A stretch of 63,703 nucleotides of DNA from IMG/VR virus record IMGVR_UViG_3300045988_161557; one strand, 5' to 3'. Of the stretch, positions 35,041-44,323 are shown in pieces (position 1 is the stretch's first letter; every line of letters begins with the position of its first letter). A program made the position numbers and the translations under genes. Source of the stretch: a virus. The notes beneath the pieces were generated by a model. The model saw only the letters and a program-made list of their open reading frames with translations, searched no databases and had not been told where the DNA came from.

Positions 35041-35174
35041 GCGGTTGAGGCGGCAGATGTCTGAACAACTGATGCTGCAAAGATAAAAAGAAATCGTTGA
35101 ATACTACAAGTTTTTCGTTGTTGTTTTCTTTGGTTATAACAAAGTTTAACATTTAGATACAAAGTAGGCATTGT

Positions 35175-35555
35175 ATGACTGGACAAGAATTAAAAGCAAG
35201 AATCGCTGCCTGCGGCATATCGCAGTCAGAAATCGCGAGGCGCTTGGGCATGTCCCAACAGTCGTTTAATCAGGGATTAAACGTCCCAGACATAAGAACG
35301 GGGCTCCTTGAACGTATTGCTGAAGCCACAGGAAAGCCCCTCTCTTACTTCTACCCCGCTGCATCTGCTACCATCACCAACGAGAGTAGCGAGTTACACG
35401 TGCGCAACAATAGCGGCGTTGTATCTGGCACAAACAATGGCATCATCAGCGCAGTGCAGGACACGCAGAGACTTGTAGAGATACTGGTCGAGGCAAATGC
35501 CAAAAAAGACCAACAGATAGATAAACTGATAGCCTTATTATCTAAACAACAATAA
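35175..35555 (+). CDS. XRE-family HTH repressor (CI-like)
   Basis: ELKARIAACGISQSEIARRLGMSQQSFNQ is a classic XRE HTH. The gene is divergent from the early operon and heads the integrase-side module. Confidence 0.8.
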   Translation: MTGQELKARIAACGISQSEIARRLGMSQQSFNQGLNVPDIRTGLLERIAEATGKPLSYFYPAASATITNESSELHVRNNSGVVSGTNNGIISAVQDTQRLVEILVEANAKKDQQIDKLIALLSKQQ

Positions 35556-35557
35556 CT

Positions 35558-35956
35558 ATGGAAGCGAAGTTTTATATCATCTTCGGTACGTTCTTCCTTC
35601 TGTCCGTACTGCTTATGATACACGTCAACTCACGCCTTATGCGGCATGCCGACAAGCGCCTGGAGTCCGTGCATAAGATGGTGGACAGGATGGCTGGAAG
35701 TGCCGACAAACTCGCAGAGAGCATCTGCCGCATGAAGGACATCATATCTGAGATGAAGGAGGAGGACAACAGCCGTATCAAGCAGCACATCAAAAACCGC
35801 GATGACTTCCGCGAGGCCTACAACAAGCTGCTTCAGACCTACAAGGTTGAGAGGACGAAGAAGGAAGAACTCTACAACTCCTACATCACAGCCCTCAAAG
35901 ACCTTGCCTCCCGACCGACAATAAATAACACGCACAGCACAACAGAGATAGTATAA
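35558..35956 (+). CDS. Membrane-anchored coiled-coil protein
   Basis: 132 aa. N-terminal TM FYIIFGTFFLLSVLLMI, then charged helices. 2-nt gap after the repressor gene. Confidence 0.6.
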   Translation: MEAKFYIIFGTFFLLSVLLMIHVNSRLMRHADKRLESVHKMVDRMAGSADKLAESICRMKDIISEMKEEDNSRIKQHIKNRDDFREAYNKLLQTYKVERTKKEELYNSYITALKDLASRPTINNTHSTTEIV

Positions 35957-35958
35957 AA

Positions 35959-36213
35959 ATGTCTAACTTTGCAGAGAAGCGTATGAAACAGGAGAAACAG
36001 GAGAAGCATGACAGCGAACGCAGGACAGCCCTGAGCAAGTTCATCTACAACCTTGCCCTGGCCTGCTTCACTATAATGGTTCTGAGTAACGCAACCACGC
36101 TCATCGCGCCAAAAGAAAACGAAAGCGGGAGAGACTGCGTCGCCGTTGTAGCTTTAGGAATAGTAATAACCCTTGGATTCTCATATATCGCAAATAAAAT
36201 AATGAAGAAATGA
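35959..36213 (+). CDS. Small two-pass membrane protein
   Basis: 84 aa. TMs FIYNLALACFTIMVLS and VAVVALGIVITLGFSYI. Confidence 0.6.
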   Translation: MSNFAEKRMKQEKQEKHDSERRTALSKFIYNLALACFTIMVLSNATTLIAPKENESGRDCVAVVALGIVITLGFSYIANKIMKK

Positions 36214-36314
36214 GCACACAAGTAATAACATCTCTGATGATAGCCGCTGTTGTGGCTGTCTTCGTGATATGGATTAACACAAAAAGCGGGAAAAAGTGGG
36301 TGGACAACCTATAG
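36210..36314 (+). CDS. 34-aa hydrophobic peptide, copy 1 of a tandem pair
   Basis: MSTQVITSLMIAAVVAVFVIWINTKSGKKWVDNL. Its ATG overlaps the upstream TGA (ATGA). Below the ORF-track size cut-off. Confidence 0.5.
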   Translation: MSTQVITSLMIAAVVAVFVIWINTKSGKKWVDNL

Positions 36315-36353
36315 CCCTCGCGTATTTAACAAACTATATAATGCGTAAATAAC

Positions 36354-36452
36354 ATGGCAATATTCACATCCACACTCATCACTATTATCTGCGTAGCCTT
36401 CTCTATCTGGCTCCATACAAAGAGCGGAAAGAGATGGCTGGACAACCTATAG
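36354..36452 (+). CDS. 32-aa hydrophobic peptide, copy 2 of a tandem pair
   Basis: MAIFTSTLITIICVAFSIWLHTKSGKRWLDNL. It has the same KSGK(K/R)W(V/L)DNL end and the same 3' flank (TAGCCCTC.CGTATT) as copy 1. Confidence 0.5.
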   Translation: MAIFTSTLITIICVAFSIWLHTKSGKRWLDNL

Positions 36453-36486
36453 CCCTCTCGTATTGGTAAACGGAAATAGCATAAAT

Positions 36487-37026
36487 ATGAAGAATCTGCT
36501 TATCATTATAATGGTGTTCACCATGAGCATCAACCTACACGCACAGCAATTTGCGGGCGTGTCATATGGCATGCCCTACGACAAATGCAAAATCATCCTG
36601 GACAGAAGGTTCAACGACTGGGAGGACAGCTATCAGCCAGAAAAGAGGCATCTGTCGTACAACAAAGTAGGCTTCGCAGGTGAAAATTTTGACTTCGCGG
36701 ATTTCTACTTTAAGCAAACAATGACTGGTGAGTATCTGTATCTTGCCGAATTTGTATTAAACTACATTAAGGACGAGGAACGTCCAAACGTTGCAAAACT
36801 CTTAGCGCGTCACAAGCTAAAAGAACTCCTGGCAAAGTATCTGGAAAAGAAAACGGATTGCCACTCAATGAAGATAGACGATGACCTCTACGTAATAGTA
36901 GGCAATGGCGAAGGGCAACAATTCGAGAAGCGAATATATTTCGAGATAGACGAGAACGACACCTACTTATGGCTAACCGTTAGATATGGCCCCGTAAAGA
37001 TTGCAGGAGAAGATGATGACATATAG
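36487..37026 (+). CDS. Secreted protein (signal peptide), lysogenic-conversion candidate
   Basis: Start taken at MKNLLIIIMVFTMSINLHAQQ, a typical Sec signal with an AxA-like site. No catalytic motif recognised. Confidence 0.6.
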   Translation: MKNLLIIIMVFTMSINLHAQQFAGVSYGMPYDKCKIILDRRFNDWEDSYQPEKRHLSYNKVGFAGENFDFADFYFKQTMTGEYLYLAEFVLNYIKDEERPNVAKLLARHKLKELLAKYLEKKTDCHSMKIDDDLYVIVGNGEGQQFEKRIYFEIDENDTYLWLTVRYGPVKIAGEDDDI

Positions 37027-37365
37027 ATACGCGCGCAAAAGCGTGAACAATATGCAAAACCGTGCAAATCAAACAAACGCAAAACAACATATCAAATTAA
37101 ACAACAGAGAGTTATAATAAATTTGCAATAATATTGCATACGGACTTGGCTGGCCTTCTACAACAAAAAAGTCAGAACCCGCTGAACAACAACATCATTC
37201 GCGCTTAACTCGATAAGCAACAAGAAGATACAAAAATAATAAAAGATGATAAAAGATAGTAAGACTTGATAAATTATAATAAAAGATGGTAATAAAACCA
37301 TGCGTAAAACCGTGCAAAGTCAAACAAACCGTGCATAAAACCATGCGCATATAAAAACACAAGAT
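37027..37365. other. Candidate attP / integrase arm-site region
   Basis: A-rich and gene-free, directly upstream of int. Direct repeats AAAACCGTGCAAATCAAACAAAC (about 37056) and AAAACCGTGCAAAGTCAAACAAAC (about 37305). Perfect dyad TGCAATA-A-TATTGCA (about 37123-37137). Repeated ATAAAAGAT(G/A) motifs. Confidence 0.3.
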
Positions 37366-38598
37366 ATGGCTACAATAAAACTATACTTAGACACAAGAGT
37401 TCTCGCCAAAAATGGAGATGCACCGCTGAAGTTAGCGGTAAGAAGCAAGGACAGAGTAGCCTATCTGTCACTGGGGATGGGTGTGCCACCCTCCTGCTGG
37501 AAGAACGGAAAGGTGTATGCGGGCAAAGACGCATCGCGACTCGCAAAGCCGCCTAAAACCATGAACCAAAAGATTGCAAACGCTCTTGCTATATGTGAAC
37601 TGGCATTCGAGAAGGAATGCGGGTTCAGAACGAACATAGACCCCAAAGTATTACGTGACAAACTGCTTATTGCGCTAAGAGGTGACGAGCAGTTTGAGGA
37701 GAACTACACGCTGGAGAGGCTGTTTTCGGATGTAATAAACAACACAGACCCTACAAGAAACACGAAGCAGGGGTATATAACAACCTACCATAAACTTATA
37801 TCCCTCTACCCAAGTGCCAGGACAATGCTGCCAACACAAATAACAACGCAGTTCGTAGAGAAGTTCTTTTATGACATGCGTAAGCAGGGAATGCGAGACA
37901 CCACAATAGCGTCCTACCTCCAGAGACTTCGTGCAATATATAACTACGCGGTTAGGAAAAAACTATGTAGCGCAGACGAAAATCCATTTAAGAGCAAAAA
38001 GATAAAAACCACATATTCCGTAGTTCACAGGAACATCCCTATTGATGAGTTCCGTATAATATGGAATACGCGCGTACAAGACCTAAACATACAAAGACCT
38101 ACCTCAGTGCCAAAGGTAGCGATGGCTCTTGACATATTCAGACTAATGTTCTGCTTATGTGGGCTAAACCTCAGAGACCTTGTTAGGCTTACGGACAAAG
38201 ACATAATTAACGGGAGGATAGAAACCTACCGTTCAAAAACAAAAACACGTGTGTCAATTAAGCTGGAGCCTGAAGCGCTTGAGATTATCAAGAGGCTGCG
38301 TAAAGGAGAGCGACTTATCGGTAAGGCGCTAAAATCAAAAACGTATGAGTCCTTTATTGAGTTGGTTAATCGAAGGCTCTCGTCCGTCAGTCCAGATCTG
38401 ACCACCTACTACGCGAGGCACACATGGGCTACGCTGGCCTTCGACCTCGACATACCAGACCACGTTATAGCAATGGGGCTGTCGCATTCCTATCAGACGA
38501 GGAACACAAACATGTTTTATATCAACAACGACTACAAGAAGCTGGATGTGGCGAACAGGAAGATACTGGACTATGTGAAGGGCGAGATAGAACTGTAA
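37366..38598 (+). CDS. int: Tyrosine recombinase / phage integrase (Bacteroidetes type)
   Basis: CGLNLRDLVRL (box I Arg), YYARHTWATLAF (HxxR region), GLSHS and a downstream Tyr. A long N-terminal SAM-like/arm-binding region is typical of Bacteroidetes integrases. Confidence 0.85.
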   Translation: MATIKLYLDTRVLAKNGDAPLKLAVRSKDRVAYLSLGMGVPPSCWKNGKVYAGKDASRLAKPPKTMNQKIANALAICELAFEKECGFRTNIDPKVLRDKLLIALRGDEQFEENYTLERLFSDVINNTDPTRNTKQGYITTYHKLISLYPSARTMLPTQITTQFVEKFFYDMRKQGMRDTTIASYLQRLRAIYNYAVRKKLCSADENPFKSKKIKTTYSVVHRNIPIDEFRIIWNTRVQDLNIQRPTSVPKVAMALDIFRLMFCLCGLNLRDLVRLTDKDIINGRIETYRSKTKTRVSIKLEPEALEIIKRLRKGERLIGKALKSKTYESFIELVNRRLSSVSPDLTTYYARHTWATLAFDLDIPDHVIAMGLSHSYQTRNTNMFYINNDYKKLDVANRKILDYVKGEIEL

Positions 38599-38615
38599 CC
38601 TACCCCGCCCTACTA

Positions 38616-41600
38616 TCAGTGCATCTTGTCACCGAAACGTTCGACGTACTGAAGAACGACACCGTTCAGCGCGTCCAGCTCGTTGAAGTTAGTGACCACA
38701 AGTATGCGATACCACTTCGCAGAGAAAGCCTTGAGTGAGGTGAGCCTATACCAGTTCACACGGTCATTGCTTGCGAAGACAGCCACACGCAGCACGCTCA
38801 TTGCACTTGTCTTCTGCGCGAGCGTGCGTAGGTCATATATCATCTTACGCGCAGTCGGGTCATCCAAGGACAGCGGCCTTGTGAGTGCGTAGCCTATGCT
38901 GTGCTCCTCCAGCTGCTTCTGCGTGCTCGTAACGTCCTCATACCTGTAGAGTGTAGCATCACCACCCTGCATAAGCATGCTTGGGTAGTCAGACACGATG
39001 CTTGCAACAGAGAAGGGAAGCGTCTGCATTGCCCACTCACCCGACTTCACATCCATCACGTAGTGCCACTTCTCACCGTCTATGAACACATGCAGAAGGT
39101 TGCGCGGGTAGTCGTAGGCTATGCGTGCTGTCTGCAACCGCTCAACAAACACCTTCTCGTCCTGCACTGAGGGTGCCGTACCGCTGAACTCTGTAGCGAT
39201 GGACTGCACAGCAGGCTGTATGTTCGGATTGCTCTCCGACACATTGAAGCCGTTAAGCTCGTCTCCTACTGACCGCACACCCTGTCCGCTCAGCATCTTC
39301 AGACCCGATGCCGTGACGAACGCCACAGAGCCGTCAAGCATGGTGACAGAGGAAACGTTGGTCAGCACATCACGGCTTGTCGGGTTCTTGCAGAGATAGC
39401 GCCCTGTATCGGACACCTCAAGTTCCCAGATGCCATCTGTGCAGAACGCCTGCACAGCATTACGGCCGTATGTGTTCTGCGAAAATGCCACAGCAGTTGT
39501 GGCAAGCGCGAGGATAGTACCATTTCCTACGCTTATACGCTGTGTGGTGGGAAACAGCACAGGATTGTCTGTCTCTGACACGTACAACTTGTTTGGCAGA
39601 TGAAACGAGTTGTCTGCCACGCTTGACGTTGCCTCCTCCTCAGTGCAGGACTCGTAGGCAGGGCTATTGTAGTCATTGAACCAATACGCGCCCTCCAGGA
39701 ACTTGTGGGCAGTAAGAGGCAGCTTGCATTTGTCATAAACGTAGGATCCGTTTCCAAGCGGTGTGCGCGTATAGACTACCGCCTCACGCGCATCAGCGTC
39801 TGGGTAGAAGAGCCATGCTACATCCAATCCCGCTATCTCATCGCCCCATCCGCTATCCGCATATACTGCCCTGCCGTTCTTGACAAGAGACACCACCACG
39901 CGCGCAGCGTGCGTCCAGATGTCCGCTTCCTCATTCCTGCCCCTATCCTCGGCATACCCCGTCATCAGCTCAAGCACAGAACCTCCCCAGACGCGCTCTG
40001 TCACATCCGCAAGGTGAAGCTTGGAGTTATACGAGAACAAGACAGACGCGGCCAACTTATTGTGTGAGTGGTTATCGTCCTCAACGCGCTCAAGACTCGG
40101 TATGCTGAACAAGTCCTTACCCTCAGTATCTACGGTTGTCCACCCAGCCTTAATCTCCTCAATGGGGTACTCACCTATAACGTGGAAGTTACTCTGCTCA
40201 ACTATATTGCTCCTCGTTGTCTTGTCATCGAAGCGTGGGAGCGCTATCTGCATGAGATACGCGCCATCCGACTTGAACTCCCCCGAACGCGCAAGAAGCC
40301 CACCGATGGGCTGCTTGAGATAGCCTGCATATTGCGCCTTGGTGACGTAGAACGAACCTTTGCTGAGGTTGCCATACATATCTTCCCCACCTACGCAATA
40401 CGTTCCATCCTCTTCCACCGTGTAGGTGCGCTTGCTCTCTGCCGTGCTGATGTAGTCCTTGCGTACGATGTTACCGTTCGCCTCCTTCTTGAAGATGATA
40501 ATATCACCTGGTTCACTGCTTCCGTGCGTCAGCACGTCACCTTTGGACAAGTCCAGCATCACGCTGCTGTCATACCATCCGCCTGCTGACAGGGCTTCGT
40601 TAGGCACCTCGTAGGTCATTGCTTGGCCGAGTGAGGCTATCTTAGATGCCGTAAATGGGTCATCAGTAAGCCCAGAAGCATACTCCCCGTCTATGTAGAT
40701 GGTATTACTCTCCAACTTGGTCTTGTCCTTATCGAACGTATAGCCCTCATTGTAGCGGTAAATGGCAGGAGTTACCGCCACAACGACAGACTGTATCAAG
40801 TCCTTCCAGGCGTTGAGGTTCTGCACGTCAGTATCGGACAGATAGAACTGAAGACGGCAGCGGCAACCAAACACATTGCTCGGGTATTCGCCTGCATTGG
40901 AGCCCTGTACAAGAAAGTATGGAGCGCACCCAGAGTTAGGAGTGAGCAGGGCTGGGCAGGACAGATGGGTTATCGAACCATCAAATAGACGCAAGCCTAC
41001 GCGCGCAAAGAAGGGAAGCACAAACTTGCCAGCATCCTTCATCGCATCAGAGAGGAACTTGTTAGCCGCTCCCATGATAGCCTGTAGGTTGTCGCTTGTG
41101 TTGTCGGGCACAATGCCTGTCTTGCCGTCAACGCTGTTGGCATACACCTCCACGTTACAGAAGAAAGTCTCTCCGTTGGAATGGCTGGCGTTGCTTCTGT
41201 AATAGAGCGCAGAGGTGTTCATTGGTATCTTTATATCCTTATAAGCGTTCTTACGCAGGACGTACTCAAACGCAAACTGTGCGGAAACGTCAAGACGGAT
41301 ATACACATCATACTTGGAATAGTTGAAGAACCGATATGTCTTGCCCCTCTGTAGCGTCTCCTTAGCCGCGAGTGTCTTCTTCTTTCCCTTATAAGACCCG
41401 TCCATGCTGTTCCAATATGCGGGAGCCGCAGGGTCGCTGATGGTAAAATGCAGCGTGCTGTAGTCGGCGATGGAGCCCGCTGTAACCATCTTCACAATAG
41501 TACTGCCTTGATCAATGTAGAACTCTCCGTCCAAAGCAACCTGTGCATCTATCTCGGGCATAGCGCCACCAAGGTTGATATACTTGCCGTCCTCCCACAG

Positions 41601-42305
41601 CAGATAGCGCACCTCGTCCTCAAACTTTATGACAAGCATGTTGCCGAACGGCAGCACCTGTAGAATGCGTGAAGAGTCCGACAGTATCTCCTGACGCTCC
41701 ATATCCGCCTCGGTGAACCACATCAGAGAGTAGTGGGCTATCCTCGTAGGGGAGCCTGAATATACATACGGCTCATGCCTGCTATCTACAACCTCTATGC
41801 TCACGGTGTCCCATTTGCTGCCTATGCCTGCTATCTCTGCGCCAGTAACCACGTGCGAGCGCATGTAGTTCTTAGACCTTACACGCGCCACATTACCCGT
41901 CATCGTAACAGACAACACCTCTTTTGCACCGTTGTCGAAAGTAAGGGTAAGGGTAAGCTCTCTGCCCAGGAAAGAGTAGTTGCAGTAAAGCTGGAGCAGC
42001 CAGAACGTCTGCATCACAACCTTAAACTCAAAACTCATGTTAGGACGACACACACCCCAGTTGTCCATGATGCTTATGTAGTGCTTCTCTGTCTGCACCA
42101 TGTGTATGCAGGCAAGGCTCTCCTTCTTCTTGTTGCTCTCAAAGGAGATACCTGTACTCACGGGCTGCGGCAGTCCTGTAAGCTCCTCGCCCCTTGGCCA
42201 GAGGTTTACACACTCGCTCAGCTCTCCCTCCTGTGGTGTAGAGGGGCTTCTGTGCATGCCCTTACCAAAGGGTATGATGCTGCGCTGTAGGTTCTTCGTT
42301 GCCAT
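38616..42305 (-). CDS. Large (1,229 aa) virion-associated protein of unknown function
   Basis: Uninterrupted ORF immediately downstream (3-nt gap) of the portal-like gene. No catalytic motif recognised. Confidence 0.6.
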   Translation of the reverse strand: MATKNLQRSIIPFGKGMHRSPSTPQEGELSECVNLWPRGEELTGLPQPVSTGISFESNKKKESLACIHMVQTEKHYISIMDNWGVCRPNMSFEFKVVMQTFWLLQLYCNYSFLGRELTLTLTFDNGAKEVLSVTMTGNVARVRSKNYMRSHVVTGAEIAGIGSKWDTVSIEVVDSRHEPYVYSGSPTRIAHYSLMWFTEADMERQEILSDSSRILQVLPFGNMLVIKFEDEVRYLLWEDGKYINLGGAMPEIDAQVALDGEFYIDQGSTIVKMVTAGSIADYSTLHFTISDPAAPAYWNSMDGSYKGKKKTLAAKETLQRGKTYRFFNYSKYDVYIRLDVSAQFAFEYVLRKNAYKDIKIPMNTSALYYRSNASHSNGETFFCNVEVYANSVDGKTGIVPDNTSDNLQAIMGAANKFLSDAMKDAGKFVLPFFARVGLRLFDGSITHLSCPALLTPNSGCAPYFLVQGSNAGEYPSNVFGCRCRLQFYLSDTDVQNLNAWKDLIQSVVVAVTPAIYRYNEGYTFDKDKTKLESNTIYIDGEYASGLTDDPFTASKIASLGQAMTYEVPNEALSAGGWYDSSVMLDLSKGDVLTHGSSEPGDIIIFKKEANGNIVRKDYISTAESKRTYTVEEDGTYCVGGEDMYGNLSKGSFYVTKAQYAGYLKQPIGGLLARSGEFKSDGAYLMQIALPRFDDKTTRSNIVEQSNFHVIGEYPIEEIKAGWTTVDTEGKDLFSIPSLERVEDDNHSHNKLAASVLFSYNSKLHLADVTERVWGGSVLELMTGYAEDRGRNEEADIWTHAARVVVSLVKNGRAVYADSGWGDEIAGLDVAWLFYPDADAREAVVYTRTPLGNGSYVYDKCKLPLTAHKFLEGAYWFNDYNSPAYESCTEEEATSSVADNSFHLPNKLYVSETDNPVLFPTTQRISVGNGTILALATTAVAFSQNTYGRNAVQAFCTDGIWELEVSDTGRYLCKNPTSRDVLTNVSSVTMLDGSVAFVTASGLKMLSGQGVRSVGDELNGFNVSESNPNIQPAVQSIATEFSGTAPSVQDEKVFVERLQTARIAYDYPRNLLHVFIDGEKWHYVMDVKSGEWAMQTLPFSVASIVSDYPSMLMQGGDATLYRYEDVTSTQKQLEEHSIGYALTRPLSLDDPTARKMIYDLRTLAQKTSAMSVLRVAVFASNDRVNWYRLTSLKAFSAKWYRILVVTNFNELDALNGVVLQYVERFGDKMH

Positions 42306-42308
42306 ATA

Positions 42309-44210
42309 TTACTCCTGTGTTTGTGGTTGTGTCTCCTGTTGGCCTCTCTGCTGCATTGCGGCCATCGCCTGCTCAAGCTGCTTCCTCACCGTACTGCTTG
42401 CAGGGAGATAACTCATCTGAAGCATCTGCGCGGCATCCACCGCTCCTGCCTGCCACATCTGCGAAACAAGGTCGTTCATCGCCATGCGGAACACTGGGTT
42501 ATCAGGTGACATGAGGATACGCACACCGAACTTCACATCCTGCACCTCCACTGGGTCATACTTGGTGACCTCGCTCATGCCGTTGGAGCGCATCACGCTT
42601 ATGTTCCCCTCGCGGTAGTACTGATGGATGACCTGCATCTTCTTCTCTGCCACTTGCTGCTCAAACGAGCCGAACTTCAGCAGGAGTGCGCTCACACTCG
42701 TAGTGCTGTTCTGCGACTCCAGCGCGTAGCGGCTTGCCGATGTCCCGCTCTTGGCAGTCTTGCCTTGCAGCGCCTCGCTCACGCTCGTTATGTCGGGGAT
42801 GAAGCCAAGTTGCAACTGGAGCATATCGGTGATACCCGTCATGTTGGTGTTGCTAACCACCACCTCTGGCTTGTTCATGCTGCGGCCTTCCTTGTCATCG
42901 TAGAAGATGAAGTTGCCCGTCTCGCGTATGCTTCGCGCAAACTCTGCCTCGGTCATGTTGCTAGGCACGCAAGACTTCGGTATCATCGTTATACCCTTGG
43001 CACTTGCCTGTATGACAATATCGAACAGCGTAACCAGTCTGTTGATGTAACGCTGCTGGTCAATGACAGGACTCATATATGGTATCACATCGCCATTGAT
43101 ATATTCGTATATCTTGAAGGTGTATGGGTGCGAACCGTGCTCGTAGGGGCTGTCGTACTCCTCCAGTATAAGGCCACCTGGGGCGAGCGCCTGGTAGTGC
43201 CAGTATGTGTCAAAGACGGGCGTGTACTCGATAAGAGGCACGTCCTCGCGTGCCATGCCAGCGGCCTCTGCCTGTGCAAGCCTTGCCTCGTTCTCTGCTG
43301 TAACGAGAGGCAGCTGCTCTGGTTCTATGCGGTAGAGCGGCTGGTCAAAGTCCATGATGTCCTTGCATCTGTACCTCAGCTTATGCTCCTTAGTCCACAC
43401 ATGATAAACCCTGCACATATCCCTATCCGATACATCCCAGTACGGATCCTTCAGCTTGTCTGTCTGCTGTCCGTTGGGAAGAATAGACTGCTGGCGCGCT
43501 ATATAGGGCGCGTAGATGTACTCCAGCTGCTTGTAGTCATACTTGCTGCGCGCGAATCTTGCTGCCAACGCTCCAAGGCTGTAGTCCTCGAAGTGGCCTA
43601 TGAGCTCCACATCCCTGTGCAGCGGGTCTATGCCCGCACTCTCGAAGTAGAAGTGGCTCGGCTCTATGACGAACGTGTAGGCATCCTCAACACCGTTGAT
43701 GGTTGTCCACTCCTCCATGACCACAGACATACCTCCATACAGCATCTCCTCCATCTCGCTGACAAGTATGTCAGGCATCATGTTGTTCTGCCAGTTGGCT
43801 TGCAGGGCGTTCGTCATCACATCAGCCTTCTCATCGCAGTTAGGGCTACGCGCAAAGCACACAGGCTCGGTGCTCTGCTTGCTGTAGAGTCCGCTCAAGG
43901 AATGAACTATCTTGATGAGGTGGTTGTTCTGCAAGGCTACACCGCCTGTACGCTTGGCTATACGCGAGCTCTCGCGCACCAGTTTGCCCTTCTCGTCATA
44001 CACCCAGTCGCTCCACTGGTCGATGAAGCAGTAGTTGATATTGCGCTCTCTACGCTTACGCAAGTCATACAGAGCCTGCCACGCATTCTCTGCGCGTGTA
44101 AGCAGTTGTAGGTTGGTCTTGTCTGCGCCCTTCTGCCGCAAGCGCGCCTTAACGCTGTCGCTGTTGTCCTTCTTACCACGGAAGCGGGACACGGGTATGA
44201 GTCTCTTCAT
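42309..44210 (-). CDS. Portal-like protein
   Basis: 633 aa. The N-terminal pattern NINYCFIDQWSDW..., ALQNNHLIKIVHSLSGLY and DVMTNALQANWQNN resembles portal families. The size is typical. Confidence 0.5.
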   Translation of the reverse strand: MKRLIPVSRFRGKKDNSDSVKARLRQKGADKTNLQLLTRAENAWQALYDLRKRRERNINYCFIDQWSDWVYDEKGKLVRESSRIAKRTGGVALQNNHLIKIVHSLSGLYSKQSTEPVCFARSPNCDEKADVMTNALQANWQNNMMPDILVSEMEEMLYGGMSVVMEEWTTINGVEDAYTFVIEPSHFYFESAGIDPLHRDVELIGHFEDYSLGALAARFARSKYDYKQLEYIYAPYIARQQSILPNGQQTDKLKDPYWDVSDRDMCRVYHVWTKEHKLRYRCKDIMDFDQPLYRIEPEQLPLVTAENEARLAQAEAAGMAREDVPLIEYTPVFDTYWHYQALAPGGLILEEYDSPYEHGSHPYTFKIYEYINGDVIPYMSPVIDQQRYINRLVTLFDIVIQASAKGITMIPKSCVPSNMTEAEFARSIRETGNFIFYDDKEGRSMNKPEVVVSNTNMTGITDMLQLQLGFIPDITSVSEALQGKTAKSGTSASRYALESQNSTTSVSALLLKFGSFEQQVAEKKMQVIHQYYREGNISVMRSNGMSEVTKYDPVEVQDVKFGVRILMSPDNPVFRMAMNDLVSQMWQAGAVDAAQMLQMSYLPASSTVRKQLEQAMAAMQQRGQQETQPQTQE

Positions 44211-44233
44211 GCTATCTTATATATGTACAAGCG

Positions 44234-44278
44234 CAAAGATAGACTGCCGTGTAACTCGTTTTTGATAATTTGTCATTT
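44234..44278 (-). promoter_or_regulatory. Candidate promoter for the portal operon sharing the dyad box
   Basis: Minus strand: AAATGACAAATTATCAAA - N19 - TATCTTTG (TAnnTTTG), 23 nt before the ATG at 44210. Confidence 0.4.
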
Positions 44279-44304
44279 TGGGCGCGTAACTGAAGCTACC
44301 TTTG
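44261..44304 (+). promoter_or_regulatory. Late-type promoter: dyad box + N18 + TAnnTTTG
   Basis: TTTGATAATTTGTCATTT - N18 - TACCTTTG, 19 nt before the ATG at 44324. Confidence 0.55.
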
Positions 44305-44323
44305 CCCTTGTACATAAGACGCA

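Noticed and set aside
38599-38615. Looked for a terminator between the convergent int and the 1,229-aa gene.
   Set aside because: Only 17 nt separate the two stop codons and no hairpin is present. Nothing can be called.
42624-44111. Long antisense ORFs inside strongly supported genes: 42624-44111 (495 aa), 26807-27976 (389 aa), 29083-30165 (360 aa), 51065-52042 (325 aa), 57558-58523 (321 aa), 11716-12597 (293 aa), 60259-61038 (259 aa), 18379-19170 (263 aa).
   Set aside because: Each lies opposite a gene with clear catalytic or family motifs. Their translations are Leu/Val/His/Arg-rich shadow-frame sequences with no motifs.
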